Assembly: GCA_964035545.1 (NCBI GenBank)
Contig: OZ037770.1
Coordinates: 5,652,729 to 5,716,728, forward strand
Source of the DNA: Bugula neritina
Taxonomy: Eukaryota; Animalia; Bryozoa
Length of the DNA stretch: 64,000 nucleotides
Direction of reading: 5' to 3'
A program made the position numbers and the translations under genes. The notes below the pieces were generated by a model that saw only the letters and a program-made list of their open reading frames with translations, was not told the origin of the DNA and did no database searches. Below, one piece after another: positions 49,817-64,000 of this stretch. Within the stretch, counting starts at the first letter, position 1. Every line of letters starts with the position of its first letter.

Positions 49817-52800
49817 GCTTCCAAACTAACACCATTGACTTAAAAAATGTTGATAAAAACTGCAGCAAGTCTTTAAAAACGATGCTAGCAAGTTCAAAGC
49901 TCACTATAACTTTCAAAATCAATAAAATGTCAAGTTCAAAAAACTCATCTGCGAGCAAAAAATAGTTACAGAGACAACCAGGTATTGGGCAAGAGCCAGC
50001 TAATAGGAGTACCTTTTTAGATAAGCTGCATGCAGGCACAGTGAGATAGCATCGGTGAGTTGTGTCTTCGTTTTAATTTCCTAAAAATGAACATAAACAA
50101 ATGCTAGTAATGAAAGTTTTTAGGGTTATTAAGGGTGCAATTTTATCACTTAACATCATAGCCATAGCAAAAATTGCTCAGTACAAATTTAAGAAAAATT
50201 TCTTTCATCCATTACATAATATCCAAAATCAATTCCATTTATTCAATTCATCAAGCTGAAAAACCAAGAATAATCAGAAAGACAGTAAAATCACTTTCTC
50301 GTAAAAAACAGCTTTAGATCAAAATTGTTGGGTTCAGCTCTTAAGCTAAAACACCGATGCATTGAAATACAAAAAAGATCAGCATACTTTTGACTGTCAC
50401 AAAATTTATTTTACGTGCATCAGACATTTTAAGGTCACCCGCCAACCGCGCAGGACCACGGCGGTAAAAGGTGACCAGACATTTTAAGGTCAATCAAAAT
50501 CAAGCAAAATTCATCGCCATTTCGCTTACTGCTTTATGCTGCAGCTTATTTTTGCTTACCAAGTTTCTTTCTGCAGAAGAATTGTAGCTAGCTTCTCGAT
50601 TTGCCATCTTTATTCCAGTCCCGGTTCAAATGACACCTTGATGGTATTAAATATCCATGCAAGCTAAAAAATATTTATCAATCAGTACAACAACAGAAAT
50701 ACTTACAATGATCCAAATATTACTATCACATTACGATAACATTACACAGTAACACTATGATTAACATTGTAATATTGAAGCATGACTTTGTGGTAGTTTG
50801 ATATGCTATAGCAAAAGGCAGAAAAACCAAGTGAAAAACCAACAGAAATAATCAAGTACAATTAACTAAAGTAAATAAACTCACTGAATAGTAAATATTT
50901 TACTATACTTAGTGAATTGATTTACTTCCATTAGGTTTACTTTCATGATTAAATGCTTCTGTCTATTTTCCAGTTTATAGGAATATATTAAAAGTGAAAC
51001 TAACTATAATTACTATTACCTTATCTAGTTTTGACTATATATTTTTCACAAATATAAACATAGTTATATGCATATCCCTATTGTGACTGCAGATACCATT
51101 GCGGTAACTGAAATCAAACTTCATTCTACTTCAAGTTTCTAACATTGTCCTAGTTCAAAGACTAACAAGTGAATAATTAATAACTGTGAAAGCTGCAAAA
51201 AGTTACTTTATTATTAAATAAGATACAACTGATTCTACCGTATATGATACTATGGTATCTGTATTAAATTGAAACATAATTATGAAAATCAAAAGTTGCA
51301 CTTTGGGCACTTATATTATAGTAATTAAATTGACAGCTTAAAATAGGCACATTAAACTATGATTGCAATTTTTATCCATTTATCTTTATAATTGAAGAAT
51401 TATGATTTATTCTTACACACTTTATCATTATGTTTAATCATCCTGACTTTCAGTCTGTCATAGTGATTACTACTATATGAAAATGACTTTGACTTAGGAG
51501 TCATAATTATAGTCACAGTGTTGATAAGTCAACAGTGTAGGATTAACACAGCACCAGACTAGTACTACCTCCAGCTTTCAAGTTTATGTTAGGGTATCTC
51601 TAAGACTAAAGAGTAACCCTAATAATGTAAGCAAAAAGCAGTGAGTAATAAGCATGCTATTCAACTTCAAGTTTCACTATTACTATAACTAATACCACAT
51701 GTATTTTAATAAAATTATGTAGCTGGTGAGTGAACTATAAAATTAAGTGGGGATCAAACTTTGAGCAATAATAATAGAAATAATATTAGGACAGAGGTTT
51801 CCAATTATTAGTATGTGAAACCAAAGAAGAATGAATAACTACTATTAGTATTATTACGTTTACTTTATATTTAGTTTTACCAGTTCGTATTATGATTATC
51901 TTACTTTGAATTGTAAAGTATAATAATTATAATATTCATAGTATTATATTTATATTATTAATTAATATTTGTATTAGTAAAAACATTTGCTTTAAGTTGC
52001 TTGTTTATTAAATTATTCTAAATCCTAATAACGATAATCTTAATATTAGTGATAATCATTATGCTCCTCACTATCCCCAAGTGCTATCAGTATGACCATC
52101 GCAATGTGAACCTAGACGTGAATGTAAAAAGGCACTGCAAAATAGAACATGGGATGGAGGCAGATATCCATATCATGATACAAATATCGATATTGAAGTT
52201 GATAATCATAATTATTATACAAATATAATGATAATAACTACAATGATCAAAAATAAATAATAACAAAGAGTTTTCGAATTACTATTCATAAAATCAAAGA
52301 TCACATTTATAAAGATATAATCATATCTATTATTAAATTTAAGTCAACTATACTAATAGCAATAGTAATAGAAATAGAAAAAAAAAATCAATTTTAAGAC
52401 AAAGAGTAAGAAAAATACTAAATCGATATTTAAAATTACTTATTTTTAATTTTAGTCACTTACAGTCAGTCTTAGTTTAATTTTTACCACTGAGTGTTTA
52501 ATTTCAAGTTCATTTTGACAATAAACTTGAAGACTTTAACTAAGAATATGTATAACTCAAAATTCCAAACTGGTACAAGTAAAAGTTGCTACTGAAGCTT
52601 TGTAATATTATTTTAAATTATTGGTATGATAGCATTATATTTTGATTCATAGCAATACTGATAGTGACAATTTCAAACATACCCATACCATTACTGTTAC
52701 AGTTTAAGTTACTATTGCCATTGTGATTGCCGGTAATGAGTAAATATAACTTAAATTTATATGACTATTACTATTACTATTAGTATTACTATCACTTTCA

Positions 52801-54283
52801 GTACCGGTCTAGTATCAGTATCACCTTAATTCAAAATCAATGTATAATTTATCAAATTACTTTTATATTATCATTTATCAATAATATGTCTATCACTATG
52901 ATATTTTCATGATATTGATTTTTAATTTAAACATAATAAAATCATAGGTATAATCATAATGATAATCATAATGCTTAATTTTACTTTTAGTTCAGGTTCA
53001 ATGATTTAAGAGTAAGTGAAAGTTACTATAACTATTGCCATTGTGATTGCTAGAAATAAGTAAATATAATTTAAATTTATATGACTATTACTATTACCAA
53101 CACTCAGACTTACTCGGACTCACTCTGTCTCTAACTCTAAGTCTGAGTCTCACTCCACCAGAGTGAGAGTGACAGTGACACTGAATTACTATAACTATTA
53201 GTATTAGTATTAGTATTAGCAAAATATATCAACCTTATGATTATCTTATTAGTTATTACAATATGTTCGGCATTGATGTTGAACTAAAAATATTAATAGT
53301 TATTACAATCACAATGACAATGCCAATATGATCAAAGACAATTAGTATTACAAATGATTCCAAGCAGTTTGAGTTGAAGGTAAGTTATAAGTTGAAGTAG
53401 TACGTAAGTGGTAGTTGATACTGATACTATCAGTGATAGGTCTATACTCCATACCAATGAACTCAATAATATTACCTATATATTACCATAAATTATATTA
53501 CTATTAGTATTACCTATAATTAAAATATATTCTTTCTTTTCCAGCTCAGTGCTTCATACCCTCTACTTAGTCTAATGCCGCGCACATGACGAGAATGTGA
53601 GGTGAAGGTCACTCACAGCTAAAATCGCCAAGGATCTGTAATCCATCACTAGTAGTAGTAGTTCTAGTAGTCGTACTACCAGTAATCTGGCTTCGCTATG
53701 ACACTACGAATTAAATGTTGACAAGACGCATGCATGTTTGCTGTTGGTAAACTAATTTTTACTGAATTTTAATCATGCTAAGCTGCAACCTATTTTCTAA
53801 TGAAATAATATATTCAATAATAATATAATAAATATAATAATTATCATTATAATATTTTATCATTTAATTTTATAACTTTTACTTTTAGTTTTAGTATTTT
53901 GGTTTTACATCAAAATTTACATCATTATGATTATCATTATGATTACAAAATGAAAATAATTATCATTAATCATTACCTTTTAATTTATGATTATAATTAA
54001 TGTTAGAATTACCACAATTACAATCATAATGATAATCATAATGGCATAATGCCAATGATAATCACAATCGTAACACTAATAATAATAGTAATAGTCAAAC
54101 TCAAGGATTGAGCCAATGATTCAGATTGTCTAAATTTAATTAAATAAGTTTCAGCCTTGGGTTTAACTTTACAGTTCACAATTTTATTTTACATTACGAC
54201 TGAGAGTCACAGTAAGACTAAGAAAAAGAGTAAGTCATACCTTTCTTGCAGTTATTTTCAAAGTTTGTAGTTGTACTGGTACA

Positions 54284-54420
54284 GTAGTAGACCTAGTAGT
54301 AGTACTAGTAGTAGTAGTAGTAACAGTACTATTAGTAGTAGTAGTAGTAGTAGTAGTAGTACTAGTACTAGTAGCAGTACTAGTACTAGTTGTAGTACTA
54401 GTATCAGTGGTAGTAGTAAT
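54284..54420 (+). repeat. (AGT)n/(ACT)n microsatellite
   Basis: Seen directly; it produces the spurious poly-Ser ORF at 54271. Confidence 0.9.
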
Positions 54421-55481
54421 AGGACTGCGATCTTAGATGTAAGTCTAATGAAATGCGAATAATAATAGTATAAGTATAACTTTTACATATTTAGTTTTAC
54501 TATAAGTGTAAATATAATGAGTAATAGTAAAACTCAAAGTATATACATTAACTCAGTTTAGCATTAATGATAAAATATAATAATTATAATAAAGTAATAT
54601 GATCACCATTACGATTATAATTAAAATTCTTAGTAACACTTTTATGATACTCAGTTTAATTTATTAATATTAAACATTAGTTTGGCTACCACAAATAACT
54701 AATAAGTGCTACTATAGGTAACTGTAAAGATAAGTATAAATTTAACTATAACATAGACTATCAGCAATAATAATATATCATATTGATATTAAACTATATA
54801 TGGATAATGCAAATCATAGATCATACCTCATGATAATTATTCCTAATGATCTTACTTTTTATATGCTGATGCTAATAAGTAGTAATTTTAAATTTGATAA
54901 CTCATGAATGATGAATAAGATAACAAGAATAATACTGGACCTAGTAATACTATTAGTCCTACTACTAGAATTTTATAATCTTATATTTGTAATACGCTTC
55001 TTTTAGTAATACTGCTGGTCAAAGTTAGTGTTAATCATATTTATAGTTAAATGTTGAAGGAATAAATTAGTTCATAACATAAACATTTCACTATGTGAAT
55101 ATGAAATTTAATATGAATATCCCAATTACACTTGCTGTTGCTCTTTAGAGACTAGAGTTATAACTTATAACTATGATATAATAATGAATACCATTATTTT
55201 AACTAATCATATTACTCAGGTAATGTTAATGATTACTGTAAGTCTAAAAACCATTACGGTTATAGGTATCACTGACTAATATTATCAATAATATAATCAT
55301 TCGTTTTATACTTGTACCTATATTTATATTTATACTTATACCTATTTTTATACTTATGATCATATCTATACTTTCACGTATGCTTGTACATTTTACTCAT
55401 AGTATCAGGGTGGCAATCGAAAAGTCATAATCGATATGCTAATCTAATAATAGAACCAACTGCACTATTATTATTATTATT

Positions 55482-58428
55482 GTTGATTGACCGTAGTTTT
55501 TTAGCTGGTGTAACCTTTTACCATTGGCCTAGTTATACTAGGCTGACATGGCTAGAACTTTCCTCAGGATGTGAGCTTATCCTGATCCTAGTAAGGGTGT
55601 CTGCTGAATTAATGAGCATTTGTTTTCAGCTACTCCAAGTAGTGTCAGCCAGTCTACAATCTTGTATAAAGCTCCAAAGGCTCCAGTTACAATGGGATGA
55701 CTTTTTTGATGTTTTCCAAAGGCGGGTTTATTCTAGTGCTAAATTCTGATATTTTCCTAACTTTTCGAATTTTTTTCTTTTACTCTGTAGTTAACAGGGA
55801 CTGTGATATCAATTATCGTTGTTTCAGCATTATGCTTGTCAACTACTAATATATCGGGTCTCCTAACTTTGATGACTACGTCAGTGTGTATGTTAAAATC
55901 TTACAAGGTTTTCACATTATCATTTTCCAGTACTTATTCTGCTTGATGGCCGTACCAATTCCTACTTTTCTGAAACCCACGAAGTTCACACAACTACTAT
56001 TGAAATTATCAATGCCAAAAGGTTGTGTTTTTTCTTATATTCTCCTTCTGCTACCTTCTCAAACTCACTCAATACGTGCATCGAAGTTTTGTCTCTTGCG
56101 TTACACATTCCACACTTCTTGCTACCCTGTTCTCTTATCATAGCCACTTTATAATTTCTAGTAGTGAATAGTTGATTTTGCGCAGCTGTCAGCAGTCCTT
56201 CTGTTTCCTTTTTCAGCCAACCATACTTCAACCAGTTCCAGGAAAATGCTTTCATGTCTTCCACCATTTTGATGTATTGACCACGTGAAGCTTTTCTTTA
56301 CACTCATCAGTTCTTTCTATCAATTTATCATTATTTAGTTCTACCGCTGTTCTGTCTTTTAGGAAGGTATTCAGTGTGGTGTTTCTATCAGTCTATGTTA
56401 TATTTATGTAGTCTGACATGCTGCAGTTTTCAATCTTTATGCATTTTTCAGTTGACAACATTCTTCTACCGCCTTCCCTTCTGCTAAAATACAGCCTGCC
56501 TACATCTGCTCTCGGATAGGGTGCACGGTTTGTTGTCATTAGCTTCCTTGTCTTTCAGTCTATATTTTTTAGCTCATGAAACAGTTCAGTCAAGTATTCT
56601 AACTGTGTAATGCACTGCTGTTACTGCCCATGTGTTTATTGCTTTGATTGTGTTCTCACCATTCAGTTTTGAATCCAGAACTTTTCTTATTTGTTTGTAG
56701 TACTCCTTGATCTTATTTTTCATTTCATATATTTGTATTCCATCAATCTCAAGAACTCCTAGATATTTATACGGCTTCTCACCCAGATCTTTGATTACCT
56801 GTTCATCAGGCAAACTGATTCCTGTGTCCTTAATTTTCTTTCCCTTTCTCATAACCAGTGTGGCACATTTTTTAATCCAAATTTCATTTCTATATTCCTT
56901 GTGAAGATCCCGGCAGTGTTTACCAAAGCTTCCAGTTCTGACTTTGATTTCCTATTTACCTTCATGTCATCCACATATAGGAGATGGTTTGTTTTCTGTC
57001 TCGTCGAAATTTGCATCATTGAGCCGCTTCTGTCATGCGAATCGGTAGTTGGAGAAAAGGGATAGAGATAAAGAGTCTCCTTGGAAAATTCTTAGTTTGA
57101 TCTTTATCTCTCCTATCTTTTCTTCCAGGTATTTCAGTTGTGTTTTCCAGGTTTCATGCTTTTTCTTATCAACCTTATGACATTAATTGCTATTCCAGTT
57201 GTTTGCATCGTTTCTAAGATCTAATTTCCTTGTCTTTACATATGCTCCAATTTGTTGCTAACTTTATTTAGTCATTCTGCATTGGTATTATTTTTAGTTG
57301 GCTGACCCCATATATTTTATCAGAATGCTTTTGATTTCCTTGTCAGGTGCCTCTTTAGATGTACGTATTCATTTCCTCGTAATTCTTGATAAAAGCGCTT
57401 ATCATTGTAAACATTGTGTTCTGATTATATTGATCAACTCATTCTGTATATCTGTTTATCTTCTGGCTTACAGCTCTCAGGTTTTGCTTCAGTTTTTCAA
57501 TCACTACACCACACTCTTTGTTCTTTATCCTATATTTTTCTTCAACCATTCTTCTCAATGAATCATTGTAAGCTCTACTTTTTCACTCTGCTATTTTACT
57601 TAAGTCTGATCTAATTTCTTTTTATTTTTTCTGCAGTCGTATTTTCCATACTTGTACATTGTCAGTTTTTCTTTTTCCTTTTTGTTACACACTTGTTCTG
57701 TTACTATTTTTCGCACAAGCCATGGTGGTGTTATTAAGCTCAATGGTATTAATAATCTCAACACAGTTTAGCATATCATTAATCTGTTTTACTGCCTGTA
57801 GTAATTTGACCCCCTCAATGTGCCTAAGGGCTCTTAGTGTTGGTCGATCATTAGATAGTTTGTTATGCTCATTTATAATTTTTCTACTAACACTTTTTCT
57901 ACCTCTGAACTAGGTACTCTTAAAATTCTCATGGCTGATTTATATGCTATCTCATGTTGTACTATAACATCCTCTATTTGCAAATTTAGCTCTTCATTAT
58001 CTTCTTCACCAATTGATGTGCCTAGTTCTTGCAAGGTTCCTCCTTCAATCTTATGGAGTTCTTCTTCCATAAAAGGCTTGTGTTTCTTCATAGTTCTTGC
58101 TTAATCCGCTAGTCTCTATTTGCTGATGTTAAACTCTCCTCTGTTTTCCAGCGTTTGCACATTCTTTTTAAATAATTCTTTGATCCGGGTCTACAGAGCT
58201 CATACATTGTTTTTCTATAACCTCTCAATTTGGGTGTACTTTTGAAGCAGCATTTCATGACAACTTTGTTGTCTTCTCTTGAGTATCTTCTTTTAGTTGT
58301 GCCATTAACGGGTTGACGGCCGTAGGTTGCCTGGCCCTCCACATACCCATTGCCAGACGAGACATGCCATGTTTAGTTAGACATACCATTAACGTCGTTG
58401 GCTTTATTAGTTCTATTTTAATGGATCA
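55482..58428 (-). mobile_element. Decayed RLE-type non-LTR retrotransposon, R4/Dong-like
   Basis: Minus-strand fragments IFQGDSLS (~57075), HLLYVDDMK (~56975), YKYLG, AINTWAV, ETEGLLTAAQ..TRNYK, a C..C..H knuckle remnant, and RRPDILVVDK / IIDITVP (restriction-like endonuclease). Many stops and an internal deletion near 57225. (TAA)n on both flanks. Confidence 0.85.
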
Positions 58429-59377
58429 TATTATTATTTTTAATTATTATTATTATCACTATCAGTAGCAAATAAATAATTTTATATTTGTTATTAGTTA
58501 CTACTTATAGAAATTGAGTGCCACAGCTTGAGGGTTATAAAGTCAGTCTTAGTCAATGTAATGGGGATGCTGATACTGACATTTGGCTTCGAGCTCATAG
58601 TTAAATTGCTAACAACTATACCTAAGGATAACAGGAGTATTAAAATGTTAATTTATAAGGATTATAACCTTAGAGTGGAGATATTATTCTCAATTTATTT
58701 AGTTTTTACTTTACTAACTTTTATTTTATTCATCAACCTTACTGTCTATTTAAATAGCAAACTAAAGAATAATTATGAAGGCCTTTGAATTGAAGTACTT
58801 TTCTGTAGCTGATTAGATTTCAAGTATTAAAATAACATACTAAGACAGAATACCATTATATGAGCTAGATTAATAAAGTAAAGAAGATTTCTTTGTTAAT
58901 CAAAATATAGGTGTCACATATGCCTATTTTTAAGATTATGTTCTTATATGTGCTGTCTTTTTAATATTTTTAAAGTGCTACATTTTGAGGGTAGCCTACA
59001 TCAATATGACTGCCCTGTAATTGCTTGTCAACTATAAGAGTTAGACCTATAAACTGTCTCATTTTCAAATTATCTTTACTTTTCTAATTGATGTTAACAT
59101 GACTATTCCTATTAGTATTTTGGTGTCTACCATTAGTAATGTTTGAAGTAACATCAATATCATTGTTAATTTGTCTAATTATTCAAATTTTAATATTCAT
59201 CATTTGTGAACAGTAATAAAATTTTGTCTTTCTTAAATTAATGTGATGCTAGATTAGCTACTCTAGCAAGTGTGTATTGTGCAATGAGTACTAATGCCAT
59301 ATTTTTGCACTTCTTGTTTTATATAATTTAGATTTAAGGTAACAATTCCTAAAGCTATCACATAATGCTGCTATCAG

Positions 59378-61270
59378 TTATAAAGATGTCACTGATCCAA
59401 ACATTGAAAACCAGCTGAGTGCATGCAAGGTTGAAAACTTATTTTCTCTGGTTAGGTAAGTAGAAAGGTATTTGCTGTAATTTACAACTATTTTGTTTTC
59501 AACATCCTTGATGTTCATCTCTAAAAGATAAGTAGCACATAATGGTACCTGTTTTACTTAGCAGAAGAAATTATTGTCAAAGCTCTATTACTACATTTTA
59601 AATTGTATGACACTCTTTTGACTACATTTGATTTCATATCTGAAATAATTATATTTCTGACTCATGAAACTGTAACCACACACTTGAGAACAAAATAAAT
59701 AATGATATGGAAGCTTTCTTTACCTTTGTCAATTTAGTCAACAGCCAATGACTGAAAACATGTTTTGTACACTATTGATTGCCTCTCTATTTCCGCTATA
59801 AGGCAGAAACTTTAATCTCAAAATTTAAGACACTTGCAATTCTTCCCAATAATACGTTGTTCAAAACAAATATTTTTTGCCAAGTAATATAGTATTTAAT
59901 TATATTTTTTAGTCAAAGAAATTTGTTTGGTTTCTTGTGTCATCTTGAATAGGTTGTTATTCATTATCTTTTTCTTCGTGTTATGGCTATGAGTGTATAT
60001 AACCTTTGCTGACAGGTTTTTCCCCCATCACTATATGTTTCTCTGTTTACTCTCTAACAGTTTTATTTCCGTTCATTTTTTAGAGTTTACTAAAATGACA
60101 TGGGTGTGCTTTGTTGTGGCTCCTAATTGAGCGCATCCGTTGAGATTATTGGAAGTTTTGTTGAAACTGAGCTGAGGCCTCTTACTCCTAAAGGCAAGAA
60201 TTTGAGTCATCTTAGCTACTTGTAGCATATCAACATCGAACAGCACCATTCCACTACTCTAAGCTTAAGGTTTTGGCTGCATTAGATCAACAGGTAAGTT
60301 TAATAGTTTGTATTTCGTACACTATTTCATGATGTCTGTTCAGCATTTACTTGGTAGCACACATTTATAGATTTTGCATTCTTTTAGTTTTTTGCAGTAC
60401 AACTTTTCTACGCAACTATTACACTGTTGTTGCTGTTAATTGTAGTTTATTCTGCTTGACCATGCAATTATTGAACTATGTTGCAAAGGTGATTGAGTCC
60501 TTTTATTTAATTTAGTACACACTGGAAATCTGCAGTTTTTAGCCATTTTTACATTTTAGCTGCTAATGAACAATGCTTTTTGCTTAAAATTAGTGAGACA
60601 TCAAGAAATACACCTAAATAATCAAGGTTCTTCTTAATTTTGCATGATTTCTCATGTTTTTTCCTATTTATTCATTTCATTTGGATTGCCTACTGTTACA
60701 AACTAACCGTGGCGATCCCCAGTCAGAAGTTGCTGTAATTAGAAAAAAAAGCATAGGAAATCAAAGAAAATTAAAAAGAGCCTTGATTATTTAGGTGTAT
60801 TTATTGATATTTTTTTAGTTTTGGGCCAAAACTCATGTTCATTAGCAAAAACTTGAGATCTTCAGTATGTACTAACTTAAATAAAATGCACCAATTGCAG
60901 TAAATTTCTGCATTTTCTAATACTTCTTAAATTTATACCTAAAATAGTGCTGTCTTAAGAAAATGACACTAGCTGCTGTTTTCATGTATGTGCCCCAATT
61001 GTATATAATGCTGTTGATTTGTTTAGTGCTTTTTCTATTTGTTTGTTATATAACTTTTCTTTTATGGTTGTTGCCAGCACCTAAAGCATTATTCATTAGT
61101 GTCAATTAATTTCTACTCACAGTTTTACTGTTACATAGTTTATAAAGCCCTTGTGTCAACTTTTCTAGATATCCTGGTTAAAATTGTTCTACTTGATGAA
61201 TGGCATAGGGCATATGCAATAGCAAAACAGTTGCAGGCTGTTTTGGAAAAAAAATTGTGCATATAACCTT
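59378..61270 (+). pseudogene. Decayed third paralog (gene C) of the A/B family
   Basis: Exon-like blocks at 59378-59455 (NIENQLSACKVENLF vs B NVEESQCSCSMADVRNVF), 60084-60293 (SVEIIG vs B SLELIG; contains a frameshift and stops) and ~61162-61267 (FLDILVKIVLL..QLQAVLE vs B FLDLVERLLL..ELQKVFG). Confidence 0.45.
60482..60900. repeat. Palindromic MITE-like element in an intron of gene C
   Basis: AAATACACCTAAATAATCAAGG / CCTTGATTATTTAGGTGTATTT, plus outer arms. Confidence 0.65.
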
Positions 61271-64000
61271 TATTTTATACATGTTATTTAGGCTTTGGTA
61301 GAACTGTTGGAGAGCCTTCCTCTTGAATAAAGCTACTCAACTTCCCGGATTCTACTTTATTGACATTAACCCACTACCTACAAAACGCCTTGAAATTTAG
61401 CTAATAAATTATGTATTTTGTGATTTTTTTTAAATGTACAATGTTATGTATAAATTACAATCAGTTTATATATATATACATATCATTTACTACTTAGTAT
61501 TACAGTGTAAAAAGCATTTCAGGGTTAACAATTTAATTAATTGGCCCTAACAGTAATTATGTATAATACAGATTTGCAGATGCTTTAAATGAACCCAAAA
61601 AGCTGATGTTGTTAAACAGTGTACAAAATAGTCACCTCATATCAGCCAGACATGCTTAGTCATTACCTAGCATTAAAATCATATTATGAATGCAGTCAAG
61701 TTTTGATATGCATCCCTATTATTGATAGTTTGTGAACCAGCAATTAAATATCAAGAAGCAATATTACTAACCAATGTGCTGGTTAAAGAGTTTCAAGTTG
61801 TAGTTATAGTATCAAACTATTATAATGGCATAAAAACTATCAGTTAAAACATCTTATTAATATTTACTACAAGAATACATATTATAGGTGTGCTAAAAAT
61901 CTGGTAGAAGCATCAATTATTTTAGATGTTTTGGATTTAGTATCTCTGTACTATAATGTAATATACAGAACATCAGGTGCTGTCTCCACAGTGCATTGAT
62001 GGCACTAATGAATATTATTACATGCAGGCAGTGTTGGTAATGATTTATTGAAATAGGAGTTTAAAAACTGTTTAAACAACAATGAAAAGCCTGAGATTAG
62101 TCCAAGGAGAGGGGTATTTCAAGCTAGCAGATGAGCAATATAGATGCGAAAGTCTTGCCTAAAAATCATTATTGTTATATCTAGTCATTAATTTCTTGCA
62201 ATAGATCTATTTCACTATTGAGAAGAACAAAATTAGCTAGTAAACACTGTAATAGAGTCAAGGCACTTTGGCAGTGCTAGTTTAAAATAAACCTGGGATA
62301 GTCGAATAGCAGAAGTACTTTTTGATGCATAATATAATTATGTACAGCTTAAGATTTTGCAATACTGTGTTTTCAGTGCGATATCAATTTCAATAGCTAC
62401 ATTAAAATAATGTACAATTCTAGCAAGTGATGCAAAATCTTCTAAGATGCTATGACTGTAGCAGTTTGCTACTAGTCTCAAGTAACAAACCAAATAGCCT
62501 TTCTTTGTGCCATCATCCAAATGCCAAACAAATAACTCATTCGCTCTGTAACAACAAGGTGGTCTCCCAAGTAGATTGTTAGACATTTCAGGCATTAATA
62601 ACCAAAAGCTTTTCACTTTGGCATAATTGTATAGTTACCCAGTTAAATAAATAATGTATTCATGGTATTGTAATTCCAAGCCATGCATTTATCTGTGAAT
62701 GCAGCTAAGTATTTAATACGGCCATATATTTATGTACTATGTAGCAATGCCTAATGTAGCTGTCAAGCTTCTACTTATACTCATTTTACTGATGCTTTAC
62801 TTCTGATTACATGATTACAAACATAGCAGTTCAAACAAAATTATTTTAGATAGGAATAAATATAATGCTCCTAGCAAATGTTGTAAAACTATTTTCCAAA
62901 AACATATACTTTGCAAAAAAACTTTTCAGAAAGTTATAATGCATTTATCATATTATTGTTTCATTTAAAAGTTATAATGATAGAATATTATACTTAAAAC
63001 ACACTCAAATTTTTAGATTCTTGTAATATTGTTAAACAAGAGTTAACAGTAAGATTGGCTGTAGAGTAGAATGTTTAGCTGTTTGTACTGAAGCTAACAA
63101 GTAACTGGCATTAAAAAGAGATGTAGATAAAAAGTGACAGAATAACAACTGGCTTGTATATTGGTAGTGCAAAAAGCTGTATATAACAGTTTAAACAAAT
63201 ACCCATTAGAATAAATGGTAACCCAGTACTTAAAATGTGGTATGTCATAATACATATTTGTGGTGTATTGACTAGGCTAGATCAACACATAGCACTATAT
63301 AATTGCTTTAGTATTTACAATTAGTTTGTGGTCTGGTGGGATTTGTTGATAGCCATTGTCTTTATTAACATAACAGTTTCATAAAATTAGCAGTTTTCCT
63401 TATTCACCTAGTTAATTTTTAAGATTTATGTACAATATTTACATATTAGGATATAAAAAATATCTTCAACCAGTGAATATCAAAATAATGATTAAAGACA
63501 TATTTTATGTCATATTTTTGTGGCAATCTAAATAATAAGCTGGTCTAAATTGTACTTGTGCAAACAGAACCAGCTCATGAATATATGTTGTCTTTTTTTA
63601 ACTTGACAGTTAATCTAATATGGATGTGTATTTTATACTTGCTTTTGTGTTTAAGGTGATAAAATTGCACTGGTAAGGTAAATAAACATTGCTTGTTTGG
63701 CATGCTTTTGCGTGGCATTGCATATTATGCTAAACTAATGGCCAGTTTTGCAGTAGCTTCACCATAACCTTCAAAAGAATGCAAATATCATCTAATTATT
63801 GTAAGCTTTTTAAGTTAATTTGTCTAGCTATAAACACATGTAAAACTATTAGGCTATTCCAATTTCACGATATACATAGCTCTATAATTCTGAAAAACTG
63901 CTAGGTAGAGTGGAAATTAAACATGATCTATTCATTGCTAAAGTATTACAGCTATGAATAATATATATGTGATTACCTGAGTGATATCACAATCTTCACT

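Noticed and set aside
49350-50039. ORFs over the GA tract, and the poly-Ser ORF at 54271
   Set aside because: They are products of simple repeats.
47800-50650. Minus-strand gene or transposase remnants (exon-like blocks at ~48180-48490, 49190-49337, 49830-50040, 50561-50608)
   Set aside because: Splice-like signals exist, but the frames contain stops and no consistent model or motif could be built.

Overview
AT-rich, intron-containing eukaryotic DNA, probably from a metazoan invertebrate (taxon not determinable here). Two related full-length Ty3/Gypsy LTR retrotransposons dominate the window. Element 1 (20753-29325, minus strand, ATAT TSD) is damaged and carries two nested ~755-bp CACAG-TIR elements. 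Element 2 (37745-45184, plus strand, identical 305-bp LTRs, ATAA TSD) has a third ORF in the env position. That ORF is not env: it encodes an acidic N-terminus, a C2H2 finger plus an atypical finger, a PxVxL motif and a coiled coil. Element 1 keeps a finger-less version of this tail fused to pol. Both elements have a tRNA-Leu PBS and a -1 slippery site followed by a stem or pseudoknot. An intronless 7TM GPCR gene (317 aa when reconstructed) is split by a 6.16-kb CACAG-TIR transposon that contains a 3.6-kb foldback, and element 2 sits 85 bp upstream of its ATG. Three paralogous multi-exon genes of an unrecognised family can be built by hand: a divergent pair at <1-3.9 kb (-) and 14.5-19.5 kb (+), and a decayed copy at 59.4-61.3 kb (+). 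Also present are a decayed R4/Dong-like non-LTR element flanked by (TAA)n, tRNA-derived SINEs, several MITEs and simple repeats. All comparisons were made by eye; no database searches were run.
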